In this document: one piece after another, positions 36,301 through 44,342 of the stretch
Layout: each line of letters begins with the position of its first letter
Position numbering within the stretch: the stretch's first letter is position 1
Origin: a virus
Taxonomy: Duplodnaviria > Caudoviricetes
Virus record (IMG/VR): IMGVR_UViG_3300020045_008062
Span: 1 to 53,196 of that record
Reading direction: 5' to 3' (one strand)
Length of the DNA stretch: 53,196 nucleotides
Program-made: the position numbers and the translations under genes
Notes under the pieces: model-generated
Seen by the model: the letters and a program-made list of their open reading frames with translations, nothing else
Database searches by the model: none
What the model was told of the DNA's origin: nothing

Positions 36301-36944
36301 TTTAATCCTTCGAATGTTGGATAATTACCAACAGTTTTAGAAAAATCACCAACAGCATGATCTGCAGCTAAAACTCTTTTGTTTAATATTTCGAATTCTT
36401 TGGAAGCCTGCTTAATCGCTTCGATATCTTTTACCTCTGCTGCATATAAATCTAAAAGTTTTTTCTTTGCTTCGGTTCGGGCTGCATTTAATTTTGTATA
36501 TGCGGAAACCAAACCCATCTTTTCTAAAGCAGCCTGTTTTTCTACACGGTTGTTTATTTCATTTTGAATTCTTTCCTCAACGGTAAGTTTTGTATTTCTT
36601 TTCTTTGATGCCGCTTCTTTATCTGATAATGCAAGTGCTTCTTTATCTGTTTTTAATTTTGCTTGAGCAATTTTTTGAGCTGATATTTCAGCTAATTCTA
36701 ATTGCTTAGTAGATTGAATTATTCTGTCATTAGCAAGTTTTTGCTCATTTTTCAAAGTAAGATAATCATCCTGACCTTTAGAATTTCTAAAATCAGTTGC
36801 CAACTTGTTTATGTCTTTTAATCCTGCAGCAAAATCCTTATTTGCAGCAATGGCAACTTGAATTTGTTTTGCGTATTCTGGCCCCCAATTTAAAGCTTCA
36901 TCGGTAATAACCTCTTTTCTTGTAATAACTCCATCATTCGCCAT
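33363..36944 (-). CDS. Tail tape measure protein (TP901-type core)
   Basis: 1193 aa helical; FEQGLADLSSITGA...KGADAGTALRN; C-terminal KYKTG.KGG...VGDGG.SE. Confidence 0.9.
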   Translation of the reverse strand: MANDGVITRKEVITDEALNWGPEYAKQIQVAIAANKDFAAGLKDINKLATDFRNSKGQDDYLTLKNEQKLANDRIIQSTKQLELAEISAQKIAQAKLKTDKEALALSDKEAASKKRNTKLTVEERIQNEINNRVEKQAALEKMGLVSAYTKLNAARTEAKKKLLDLYAAEVKDIEAIKQASKEFEILNKRVLAADHAVGDFSKTVGNYPTFEGLKQTASDLFAAFGLITGGLAFADVLSDAFETIKTFEQGLADLSSITGAAGKDLAFLKNAAIDLGQNVQGGAIAVVEAYKLIASAKPELLESVEALNQVTEAAITLSQAAGMELPDAATALTDAMNQFGAGAEEAQVFIDALANGAKFGSAEIPQLTEALLKFGAVARSSNISIKESVALVELLAENGLKGADAGTALRNVLLKISAPDALPKLARAEFEKLGISMEFLRNKTIPVADKLVSLKPLLKDNASIVKVFGLENTTAAINVLSHTDRLKELIGKMDEFGTAEEQAAIRMDTVNGKTELLKSTYDSLILSIGKGSGTVSNFFKIFIEGAENGLKLLIRLNSSVDELGEKSRKKGSDFVYKVFNVDKSKEELEKERDVISGEIDKTTILLNKLRKDLDQRSFLQAFNPFSKGKATAEKEIEDLYNMLGQYEAAYKKIQNKLNPKKTPTSTEEETPTVTGLTEKELKEALKRAKVLSDAEFELSKAKLERNIKINQEIAEDELLTDAVRIGSAENVKNSQFELIELIKKNKLDYDKFVLAEDKLNANQKLLIQYDALQKQVDATDKAQKDIQKIRLFDEESYKKSLASKLSENQIAENEALIEENNRFKALGDIEALSNKKREEAIEEHERNVFEIKKKYAIQALKLQIANLESELAASDKLPKAEQLTAEKRQEIADKLSKAKLDLSDVEVSNNKKKNQEDIISETEKAQKILEISSSLTGALNDLASALFEAKIQKIEAEIGKNNEYYDNQIEAAGDNERQIALLEKERDKKNKVLEEKRKKEQHRQAVANKAAALAQATISTALAVLAALSTQPFLPLGPAMATLAGVLGGIQIAAIAAAPIPKYKTGRKGGPKEKAIVGDGGVSEVIERKNGKIELTPARDTLVELAQGDNVYKDIEDYKRNGRMSVMSALGTEQKKVNEYFNITFDQDRYGREMVTEMKLTRKAISKIKLSVNQQKPIDLNHELWKLKNIKS

Positions 36945-36951
36945 AGTGATT

Positions 36952-37542
36952 TTATTTTTTATTAGCTTTTTTTATCTCAGATTCTATTTTTATATGAACT
37001 TGTTTTTGAATAGCATAAAATTTAAAATATGTCATTTCATTATAATCAAAGTCGGTTCCTAAAATACGGGTGTAGCTTGCAATTGTATCATAAATAGAAA
37101 ACTTTTCATTTGATTTTTTACTTTCATCTTCTTTTGGAAGCATTGAGCGCAAAGTATTTATTTTAGTTCCAAAACCGCTAGACGCTCTTTGAATGAATTC
37201 TAAAGATTCATAATAATTTTCTGTTGAATCAGTTTTTACAATATATCTTAGTTTTTTAAGCTTATCTATTAGTTCCTGATCGTATTCAAATCCTAAGCAG
37301 TAAATTGCACCTAAAACAAATTCATATTCGCATTCCAGGGCAGAAATTTCATTATGCAGTTTTTGTAATTTATCAGATTCTTTGCTTTTCTGTTTTGATT
37401 CATGCTCTTTTAAAAGCTTTGTCCAGATTTCTATCAATATATCATCTGCAATTTCTTCATCAGTAAGCAATCTTAAATTGCCCGTTTCAGCAATTTCAAA
37501 GAATATTACAATAGGAATTTTGGTGAGCGAGTCATAAATCAT
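36952..37542 (-). CDS. Putative tail assembly chaperone
   Basis: Position immediately upstream of tape measure. Confidence 0.45.
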   Translation of the reverse strand: MIYDSLTKIPIVIFFEIAETGNLRLLTDEEIADDILIEIWTKLLKEHESKQKSKESDKLQKLHNEISALECEYEFVLGAIYCLGFEYDQELIDKLKKLRYIVKTDSTENYYESLEFIQRASSGFGTKINTLRSMLPKEDESKKSNEKFSIYDTIASYTRILGTDFDYNEMTYFKFYAIQKQVHIKIESEIKKANKK

Positions 37543-37988
37543 AAATCTAAAATTTTACGAATGTTTTTAATAAAAAAAGGGGTTAAACGACTAGCGATTA
37601 ACCCTTTTAAGTTTTTGTCAGAAAGTCCAAATAAATCATCAGAAAGCCAATAGTCGGAATCTAAAATAACATGCGTTATGGGATCAGTTGCATAAATTCG
37701 AAACATATCACCCTGCATATCTAAATAAAAGCTTTTTAGCCACTTTCCAGACTCGTAACCATCAAACGGCTCACCTTTCTTTTTTCTTCCTTTGGTGATA
37801 ACCTCAGTAGCATAAGAATAAAATCCAATAGGATTTCCAAAGATGTCTTTGCTGTCTACATTTATTTGTTCAACATTCAATTTTACAATTTCAGCAGAAA
37901 TACTTTTTATGAAACGAAATAAATCATTAGATAATTTCTTTTCATTAAGATTTCTCGCTTTCTTTAGTTGTTGCTGGAATGTTGCCAT
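37539..37988 (-). CDS. Putative neck/tail completion protein
   Basis: Position; basic YS..T...K..KG motif. Confidence 0.5.
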   Translation of the reverse strand: MATFQQQLKKARNLNEKKLSNDLFRFIKSISAEIVKLNVEQINVDSKDIFGNPIGFYSYATEVITKGRKKKGEPFDGYESGKWLKSFYLDMQGDMFRIYATDPITHVILDSDYWLSDDLFGLSDKNLKGLIASRLTPFFIKNIRKILDL

Positions 37989-38223
37989 TTGCTCTCAAGC
38001 TTTTTAAATCAGTTTTCTTTTCAGTTGTTTCTTCAATCATTATTACATCATCTGGAACAGTACTTGAAGGAACCGCAATTCTATAAGCTTTTACATATTC
38101 TGCATCGACTTTATCTCGTGGGATAGCGAGAAAAACATGATTGTCTGCAAAATCTTCTTTAAACTCTGCAAAGGACCTGTTATAATCCTTTGCAAAAGTT
38201 ATTTTCCCATATACCTTACTCAT
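37945..38223 (-). CDS. Hypothetical tail-region protein
   Basis: 92-aa ORF. Confidence 0.5.
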   Translation of the reverse strand: MSKVYGKITFAKDYNRSFAEFKEDFADNHVFLAIPRDKVDAEYVKAYRIAVPSSTVPDDVIMIEETTEKKTDLKSLRANGNIPATTKESEKS

Positions 38224-38225
38224 AA

Positions 38226-39104
38226 TTAAGGCGTAACGGTTATTGATAATGGTTCTATAGCCTCATATGACATTCCAGCCGCGATAACAACACCGTCTAA
38301 TTCTACAGTAAACCCTGTATCGAATCCTGTTCCTGTTAATGTATAAGCTCCTGTTGAATCAGGCGCGGTAAAAGTAATAGTTTGAGCAGTTCCTGAAATA
38401 TTTTTAACAACAAGATCACCCGAAACTAATGACTTAACGGTACCGCCACCTCCGGCACAACCATCTAAAACTCTAACTTTAATATTCGTTGCAGTTGCTG
38501 AAACTTGCACTAAACTAACATCAAAAATACCATATAATTCGGATGCTCTAAAATCAGGAATAAAGATTGCTCCATCTTGCTCTAATTCAGTGTAGTCTCC
38601 ATAAGTTGTGGTAAGTAAAGTACTAGAAGGACGGTCTGATGTAGGATCTAATCGTTTTCCAACATCAAGAATTACGGATTGTCCAAAAATTTCTCCATCG
38701 TCATTTTTAACCCCTTTTACTTTTCCATCTTCTGTAAATTCGAACTGTCTTAATTCGGATCCATTAAAAGTTGTCAATGCGGCATGGCTACATAAACCAA
38801 GCATTGCAGTATAAGTTGTTATTTTTTTACCGTTGGCAGTTTTATAACGCTTTACTCTTCCTTCAAAGAAAGTATCTTCAGTATTAGCTGTTGTGATTTC
38901 TTCAGGATCATAAAGCGGCCACATTTGTTTTGCTGCAATAGCTTCTTCCCATTTAGTAATATCTTTTGCATCCGCAATAGTATCAAACTTAAAATCAGGA
39001 AGCGTAACAACAGGCTTTGTCATAATGCCCTCTAAGCATTGCTCTTTTGCCCCTGTATTTGCCTTTCCTTTTTCTGCTTTTCCGCATTCTTGGTAAACAC
39101 TCAT
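38226..39104 (-). CDS. Major tail (tube) protein
   Basis: 292 aa; position; beta-rich C-terminal Ig-like region. Confidence 0.65.
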   Translation of the reverse strand: MSVYQECGKAEKGKANTGAKEQCLEGIMTKPVVTLPDFKFDTIADAKDITKWEEAIAAKQMWPLYDPEEITTANTEDTFFEGRVKRYKTANGKKITTYTAMLGLCSHAALTTFNGSELRQFEFTEDGKVKGVKNDDGEIFGQSVILDVGKRLDPTSDRPSSTLLTTTYGDYTELEQDGAIFIPDFRASELYGIFDVSLVQVSATATNIKVRVLDGCAGGGGTVKSLVSGDLVVKNISGTAQTITFTAPDSTGAYTLTGTGFDTGFTVELDGVVIAAGMSYEAIEPLSITVTP

Positions 39105-39126
39105 GATTTTTATTGTATTAAATTAA

Positions 39127-39645
39127 TTAACAATTTATTTTATATTTCATGTTTCCTGTTACAGCGAAAATATGATAAGGATGCATGTTATCGGTTGCAA
39201 TTTTGGATATATTGAAACCTTGAAATACATTTGGAATCCCCTCTTCAGTTCCTGTTATAGTAAACATTTTATTCTTTTTTAATTGCTTTATAATGGCAAT
39301 TTGCGCTTCTGTATCTGCACGATGCGTAATTGTTGGATATACTTTTGAAAGATTAACCATAACAACACATTTTACATCTGAAAACCAAAACTGACCAAAA
39401 TCATCAACTGTTGATTCTTCCTCTTTGATAAACATGATAGTTGCATTTACTTCATCATTCAAGTAAACATCACGGTATTCATTGTTTCCTATAAATGCCT
39501 CTGGAAAAAAACCCTCATTAGTTGGATTCTTACGAACACGACCAAAAACATCTATTTCTGACCATCCTAAGCCGTTGTACAAATCATTCTGACAAAATTG
39601 AATCTGCTGATCTATTCCTTTTGGGTTTTCAATTGTATAATTCAT
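39127..39645 (-). CDS. Putative tail terminator/head-closure protein
   Basis: Position between adaptor and tail tube. Confidence 0.5.
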   Translation of the reverse strand: MNYTIENPKGIDQQIQFCQNDLYNGLGWSEIDVFGRVRKNPTNEGFFPEAFIGNNEYRDVYLNDEVNATIMFIKEEESTVDDFGQFWFSDVKCVVMVNLSKVYPTITHRADTEAQIAIIKQLKKNKMFTITGTEEGIPNVFQGFNISKIATDNMHPYHIFAVTGNMKYKINC

Positions 39646-39646
39646 T

Positions 39647-40228
39647 TTACCATTGTTTTGTACCGTTTATAGGTATTTCAAAAGGAAATATAATGCTTTT
39701 TGCTTTTATAATTGCATAGTATCTTTCTCGCTTAATACCCTGAACAACAACTTTTCCAGCATCATTTTTTAATCCTTCTAATTCAACTTTTAAATTTTCA
39801 ATTGCTAGTTTTGAATTTCTTTCTTTTAGGTTCTTCCTTGCAGTTGAAACAAACAATTCTAAAACCTTAATAGCAATCGTATATCCGTAAGCATCATCAA
39901 AAATTGCGGGTCTATCAATCATCCATGTAGAATAATCAATTGATGTGTCATACTGCTGATCTTGATCCAAAATAAGAGTAACAACTTCATTTGCAGATTC
40001 TATTTTTATTTCCTGTAAGTATGCATTAAAATCAACATCAGGCATATTAATTTGAGAAACTGCTGAAAATATATTTTCTACAATTGCCAACTGATGAAAT
40101 GATTTAACTGTTCTCTTTGAGTCACTTAAAATAACTTCGGGAGTTAAAGCAAATTGTAGGTTGGTTTCTACTTTATCAGCGAAACCAACTCTATCAATTA
40201 ATGCTTGTATGCTTTCAGGACTGTACAT
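39647..40228 (-). CDS. Putative head-tail adaptor
   Basis: Directly downstream of capsid gene. Confidence 0.5.
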   Translation of the reverse strand: MYSPESIQALIDRVGFADKVETNLQFALTPEVILSDSKRTVKSFHQLAIVENIFSAVSQINMPDVDFNAYLQEIKIESANEVVTLILDQDQQYDTSIDYSTWMIDRPAIFDDAYGYTIAIKVLELFVSTARKNLKERNSKLAIENLKVELEGLKNDAGKVVVQGIKRERYYAIIKAKSIIFPFEIPINGTKQW

Positions 40229-40229
40229 A

Positions 40230-41513
40230 TTACGCTGCTGCTACTAATGCTGATGCAAATACTAATTCATCTTCATCAGAAAGTTTATTGATTGCTTTCA
40301 ATATTTGTGCATCTGTAGAAGATGTTGTCAATGTTTGACCTGGAGTTGCTAAATTCAATCCTGCAATTGCAGATGCTTTAGTGTAAAGTACTGTTTTGTA
40401 CAAGAAATTAGCATCACCCTCAGTTTGAACATCTTGAACAGAATCAGTAACATCCATTAAGTAAATAGAATCAACATTATCCAATACAGGTAATGCTAAT
40501 GCTTGTGAAGATGTGAACTCACGAACAGGGTCATTAGTACCGTATTTAGAAAGCAAAATCAAATCATCTACTTTTTGATAATCTACACTTTTAACAGGAA
40601 AAGATTCTTCGGCCAATGCGCCATAAGTCAATGTTCCAACGTTTAAATCAGTTAAGAAGCAAACAATATTAGCAGCCCATGGAGTTGTAACAGCACGTTT
40701 ACCGTTTTGCTCAACTAACATTTGTCTATCAATAATTTGAATCGTAACTCCGTAATTTGCACTTAAAAATTCATTTGCTTTTGCAACATTCGGAACATTT
40801 GGAATTGTAGTTCCTACGAATCCAAGTGAAAATGCAAATTCGTTTTTGACTTGTGTGTTAGCTTTAAACAGGTTCCAAGTATTCATATCCATAAATATAT
40901 AAGAAAGCATGTTTCCTTTTACTTTTGCTTCTGCAATAACATGATTTATGTCATCAATAGGTGTTGCATTTGCGTTTGTCCAAGGCAAAGTAACGCCAAA
41001 TTTATTATCATCAGGATGACCGAAATCAATCCTAACTCCTAAACCTGTTGAATCATCACCTGTGATTATTGTATAACCTGTAGATAATGCTTCCAAGAAC
41101 ATAAATTCAAGGGTTTCATAGATACCGTTAACACATTTTTTTGTATCTGAGAACAGATTACGCAAAACTTCAGATTCTCTACCGCCAATAGCTAGTAAAG
41201 TTCTAAGTTCTGTCATAATTGTTTCAGTTAAATACATTTTCATACCCAATTTTGGGATGTCACCGTTTGCAGTTTGAACTGAATCTCTTCTTTTTAAAGG
41301 AAGGCTAGAATCCAAAGCTACGATATCGGCTCTTACAATAGCGCCATTACTAGAAATAGAACCCCATTTCAACGTTGTTGAGAATGTTTTTCTAAGCATG
41401 GTTTTGTGTAAGTATGTCAACGGGTTTTTAGTTCCGTTAACAGTTTCTGAGGCTTTAAGGGCAAAGGACTTGAAGAACTTATCTACCCACTCAGGAAATA
41501 ATGATTTTTCCAT
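40230..41513 (-). CDS. Major capsid protein (lambda E-like)
   Basis: 427 aa; ADIVALDSSLPLKRR...GDIPK...EFMFLEALSTG...IDFG...W...ATPIDDI; follows scaffold and decoration genes. Confidence 0.85.
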   Translation of the reverse strand: MEKSLFPEWVDKFFKSFALKASETVNGTKNPLTYLHKTMLRKTFSTTLKWGSISSNGAIVRADIVALDSSLPLKRRDSVQTANGDIPKLGMKMYLTETIMTELRTLLAIGGRESEVLRNLFSDTKKCVNGIYETLEFMFLEALSTGYTIITGDDSTGLGVRIDFGHPDDNKFGVTLPWTNANATPIDDINHVIAEAKVKGNMLSYIFMDMNTWNLFKANTQVKNEFAFSLGFVGTTIPNVPNVAKANEFLSANYGVTIQIIDRQMLVEQNGKRAVTTPWAANIVCFLTDLNVGTLTYGALAEESFPVKSVDYQKVDDLILLSKYGTNDPVREFTSSQALALPVLDNVDSIYLMDVTDSVQDVQTEGDANFLYKTVLYTKASAIAGLNLATPGQTLTTSSTDAQILKAINKLSDEDELVFASALVAAA

Positions 41514-41540
41514 TTTTCTTTTAGTTTTTTAAAGGATTAA

Positions 41541-41936
41541 TTAGTCCTTAGTGAATAAAATTTGAGGTAATGCAGTAATTGCACCCGCTGGAACCGCTGG
41601 TAATCCGTACTCAATAATTGCTTGTTTATTAACGTCACCCGCCAATAAAACAGCCGCAAAAGGTCTTTTTAATAGAATTGTTGAAATTAAAATCCCTTTA
41701 TAAGTATGACTTGCTGGAAGCGATTCATAAGCACCAGAAGCAATTTTCAAAGGTTTTAAAACCCCCGTAGCCGTAACCTCAATTATAACTCGCCCTGCTT
41801 TTAGGACTTCATCTGTAACGCCTGTAACATCTAAAGTCTTACCTCCTGGAATATCAATCAAATTTTTCTTAATGATGATAGTGTCGAAAGTAGTGTCAAT
41901 TTGAACAGGACTGTTGTTTAAATCTGCTGTTGGCAT
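41541..41936 (-). CDS. Head decoration protein
   Basis: 131 aa between scaffold and capsid; GG.TLD...LKAG. Confidence 0.65.
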   Translation of the reverse strand: MPTADLNNSPVQIDTTFDTIIIKKNLIDIPGGKTLDVTGVTDEVLKAGRVIIEVTATGVLKPLKIASGAYESLPASHTYKGILISTILLKRPFAAVLLAGDVNKQAIIEYGLPAVPAGAITALPQILFTKD

Positions 41937-41961
41937 CTTTTTTCTTTTTAATAATTAGTAA

Positions 41962-42624
41962 TTACATTTCTTCAAAAACCTTATCAATCAATGCTTGATC
42001 TGGCTTTATGTCTGGATTTCCAATTGGTGCAGGTCCTGAAAAACTTGATGAATCGGCAAACGCCTGAGCCATTGTTTTGTATTCAGTTTCTAAACCTAAA
42101 ATCTGTTCCTCGATTGGAGTTTCAGAATCTACATTTATCCTATTTAACCAAGATTGTTTAATCTCAGGTTTCAATACTTTAAGAACTTCAGATTTTTCAA
42201 ATGCTTGTTGTGCTGATGATTTCTTAACATCTGTCAATTTACCTGTTTCGATTACTGTCAGTTTAACTTCAATAGCTTCCTGTTTTGCAATCATTGCCTT
42301 CGCCCATTCTGGCGCATCATCTGCTGGTGCGGGTGTCGGTGTTGGCGTAGGAGTTGGAACCGGTGTTGGAGTTGGTGCAGGATTTGCAGGAGTCTTTAAT
42401 TTAGCCTCCAAACCCACAACCTTGTCATCTTGTGCCGCAATTTCCTTAAAAGGATAAATTGCATTTGCATTTGTAATTACTGCATCAATTGCCGCGTCAT
42501 CTGCGTCATCTGCTGGTAGTTCGCAAAGTCTAGCCGAAATCTCGTCTATCCTATTGTTTGATAAATTAGCCTTGTCAGCGAATGCTTTTAGTCTAATTAC
42601 TACCCTTTCTTTAGGTACTGCCAT
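41962..42624 (-). CDS. Capsid scaffolding protein
   Basis: Acidic/helical with Pro-Thr linker and PEWAK motif; position. Confidence 0.65.
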   Translation of the reverse strand: MAVPKERVVIRLKAFADKANLSNNRIDEISARLCELPADDADDAAIDAVITNANAIYPFKEIAAQDDKVVGLEAKLKTPANPAPTPTPVPTPTPTPTPAPADDAPEWAKAMIAKQEAIEVKLTVIETGKLTDVKKSSAQQAFEKSEVLKVLKPEIKQSWLNRINVDSETPIEEQILGLETEYKTMAQAFADSSSFSGPAPIGNPDIKPDQALIDKVFEEM

Positions 42625-42658
42625 AATTTTTTATTTAAAATGTTGAACGTTTGAGTTA

Positions 42659-42699
42659 CAAATGTAATTATTTTTTCTTATTTATATCGATTCTAAATT
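42659..42699 (-). promoter_or_regulatory. Promoter of head/tail operon with overlapping palindromic box
   Basis: TACATTTG at 42659-42666; TATTTATATCGATTCTAAATT at 42679-42699. Confidence 0.55.
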
Positions 42700-42717
42700 A
42701 AATTTCACTTTATGGCA

Positions 42718-42747
42718 TAAAAAAACCACTCGTATTGAGTGGTTTTA
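42718..42747 (-). terminator. Intrinsic terminator downstream of tRNA
   Basis: AAAACCACTC-GTATT-GAGTGGTTTT. Confidence 0.75.
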
Positions 42748-42794
42748 CATTGACAATTGTATACCTAATTTATCGCATACTCGCTTTATAGTTG

Positions 42795-42866
42795 TGGAAT
42801 TAACAAGAATCGAACTTGTGCATTCGGATTTTCAGTCCGGTACTCTACCAACTGAGTTATAATTCC
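42795..42866 (-). tRNA. tRNA-Phe(GAA)
   Basis: GGAATTA/TAATTCC acceptor stem, ACTC/GAGT D-stem, loop CTGAAAA, ACAAG-TTCGATT-CTTGT T-arm; no encoded CCA. Confidence 0.88.
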
Positions 42867-43095
42867 ATTTTGGCAGATAGTCCTCATATTTCTATGCTGC
42901 ACCTTCGCACTGAGGTTATGTCCACCTTAATTATATGCAAATATAAAAACTTATTCTGAATTTTCAGTTTATTTTTCAGTTTCTTCTATTTTAAATTCCT
43001 GTTTAGATTTAAACTCTTTATTCCTTTTTGCTGTATTTTTTATGTCCTTTGCTTTTTTGGCGCACGAAATAAAATAAAATTTGCTTTGATGATAA

Positions 43096-43428
43096 TTATA
43101 ATTTCCTACACTCATAAACGTTTAGTTTTTTGGTTAATTTAATGAAAGCTTGTAAAATAGATACATTGATTTGAATCCTAACATCGTTCAAAGTAATTGT
43201 AAGATTAAAAGAAGCATGTTCTAAAGTTTTTAAATATTCTTTACCGTAATATGATGCTTTTAAAGTTTCTGCATCACGCAATGACATATTTAAATCAATT
43301 AATGATTGTGTTTTTTTAACAATGCTTTTTTCAATTGATTGGCAAAATGAAAGTTTTTTGAATGGTTTTACTTTTGGATTTCTACATCCGTTGTGGATGT
43401 AAACAGATTTAAAAATTTTGTTATCCAT
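43096..43428 (-). CDS. Hypothetical protein
   Basis: Accessory block between portal and scaffold. Confidence 0.5.
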   Translation of the reverse strand: MDNKIFKSVYIHNGCRNPKVKPFKKLSFCQSIEKSIVKKTQSLIDLNMSLRDAETLKASYYGKEYLKTLEHASFNLTITLNDVRIQINVSILQAFIKLTKKLNVYECRKL

Positions 43429-43643
43429 GATTTACTTTTTTGAGGTGTTAATACTCCGGATTCATTTATCCAATTACTTTTATCAGATTCTAAATGTATT
43501 TGAATCTGGTACATTGTTTGGTTAATTTCAACTTCTCCTATCCCTTTTATAAGGGATCCAGAAAGGTTGTGTTTTACAATTTCATCCCCTAAGTAATCAA
43601 CTACGTGTTGAACTGATAATTGTTTTGATTCTTCTTTTTTCAT
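43368..43643 (-). CDS. Hypothetical protein
   Basis: Accessory block. Confidence 0.55.
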   Translation of the reverse strand: MKKEESKQLSVQHVVDYLGDEIVKHNLSGSLIKGIGEVEINQTMYQIQIHLESDKSNWINESGVLTPQKSKSWITKFLNLFTSTTDVEIQK

Positions 43644-43858
43644 GGTCTTATTCTTATTTGAACGGCTTCAACTACCAAATTATAGTTATACATCTTTACT
43701 TGATTTGTGATTGAAACATAATCATTAAAAGACCTTCCTTTTGCAGAATTTAAATCTTTGATATGAATATATTCAATACCCGTTTCAGTTTGCGTTTGTT
43801 GCAAAACATGCATTCTGAAATCTCTATCACTTGGAGTGATTACCGCTATTTTTCTCAT
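43640..43858 (-). CDS. Hypothetical protein
   Basis: Accessory block. Confidence 0.55.
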   Translation of the reverse strand: MRKIAVITPSDRDFRMHVLQQTQTETGIEYIHIKDLNSAKGRSFNDYVSITNQVKMYNYNLVVEAVQIRIRP

Positions 43859-44039
43859 GGTTTGTTATTTTTGTATAAGTGTAAGCAATTACTAAAGCAA
43901 ACATAATTAGTGAAAATTCTAAGCCGTCTATCGATACATTTGTGATTGCATTTTGACAATGTGGATTATTTGCTCTGGCCGGAACGGCTTCACACCAGCA
44001 CTTTGTAAATGGTGTTTGGCATTCTGAGAATTTTCCCAT
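43827..44039 (-). CDS. Small Cys-rich protein with C-terminal TM anchor
   Basis: Four Cys, then VSIDG + TM + basic tail. Confidence 0.5.
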   Translation of the reverse strand: MGKFSECQTPFTKCWCEAVPARANNPHCQNAITNVSIDGLEFSLIMFALVIAYTYTKITNHEKNSGNHSK

Positions 44040-44204
44040 TACCCTAAGTCCCCAATAATTAGGAACGGAATTATAATCATTAATAATATTGCTACAATAA
44101 TCAATACTGATTTTGTGTTGCTTACTCTTTTTGCTTTTTTGTTTGATAGTGTTAACATGATTTCTAGTGTTTTAAATTGTTAAAATTGTTTTTGTTTTAT
44201 TTTG

Positions 44205-44286
44205 ATATTCAAATGTACAAAACATACGTTTACAAAAAACATTTATTTTTGTTTTAGGCTTAATTTATACAGATTATAAATAGTGT
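44205..44286 (-). promoter_or_regulatory. Phage promoter, duplicate of the array promoter
   Basis: 32 bp identical to 4856-4887; 44261-44286 matches 4901-4926 at 23/26. Confidence 0.7.
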
Positions 44287-44292
44287 AAATGC

Positions 44293-44325
44293 AAAACGCA
44301 CCGACAATTAAGCAGATGCGTTTTT
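44293..44325. terminator. Terminator after portal
   Basis: AAAACGCA...TGCGTTTT. Confidence 0.6.
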
Positions 44326-44342
44326 AAATATGAATAATTTAT

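Noticed and set aside
42325-42392. Tandem GTTGG(A/C)-like repeats
   Set aside because: They encode the Pro-Thr linker of the scaffold protein.
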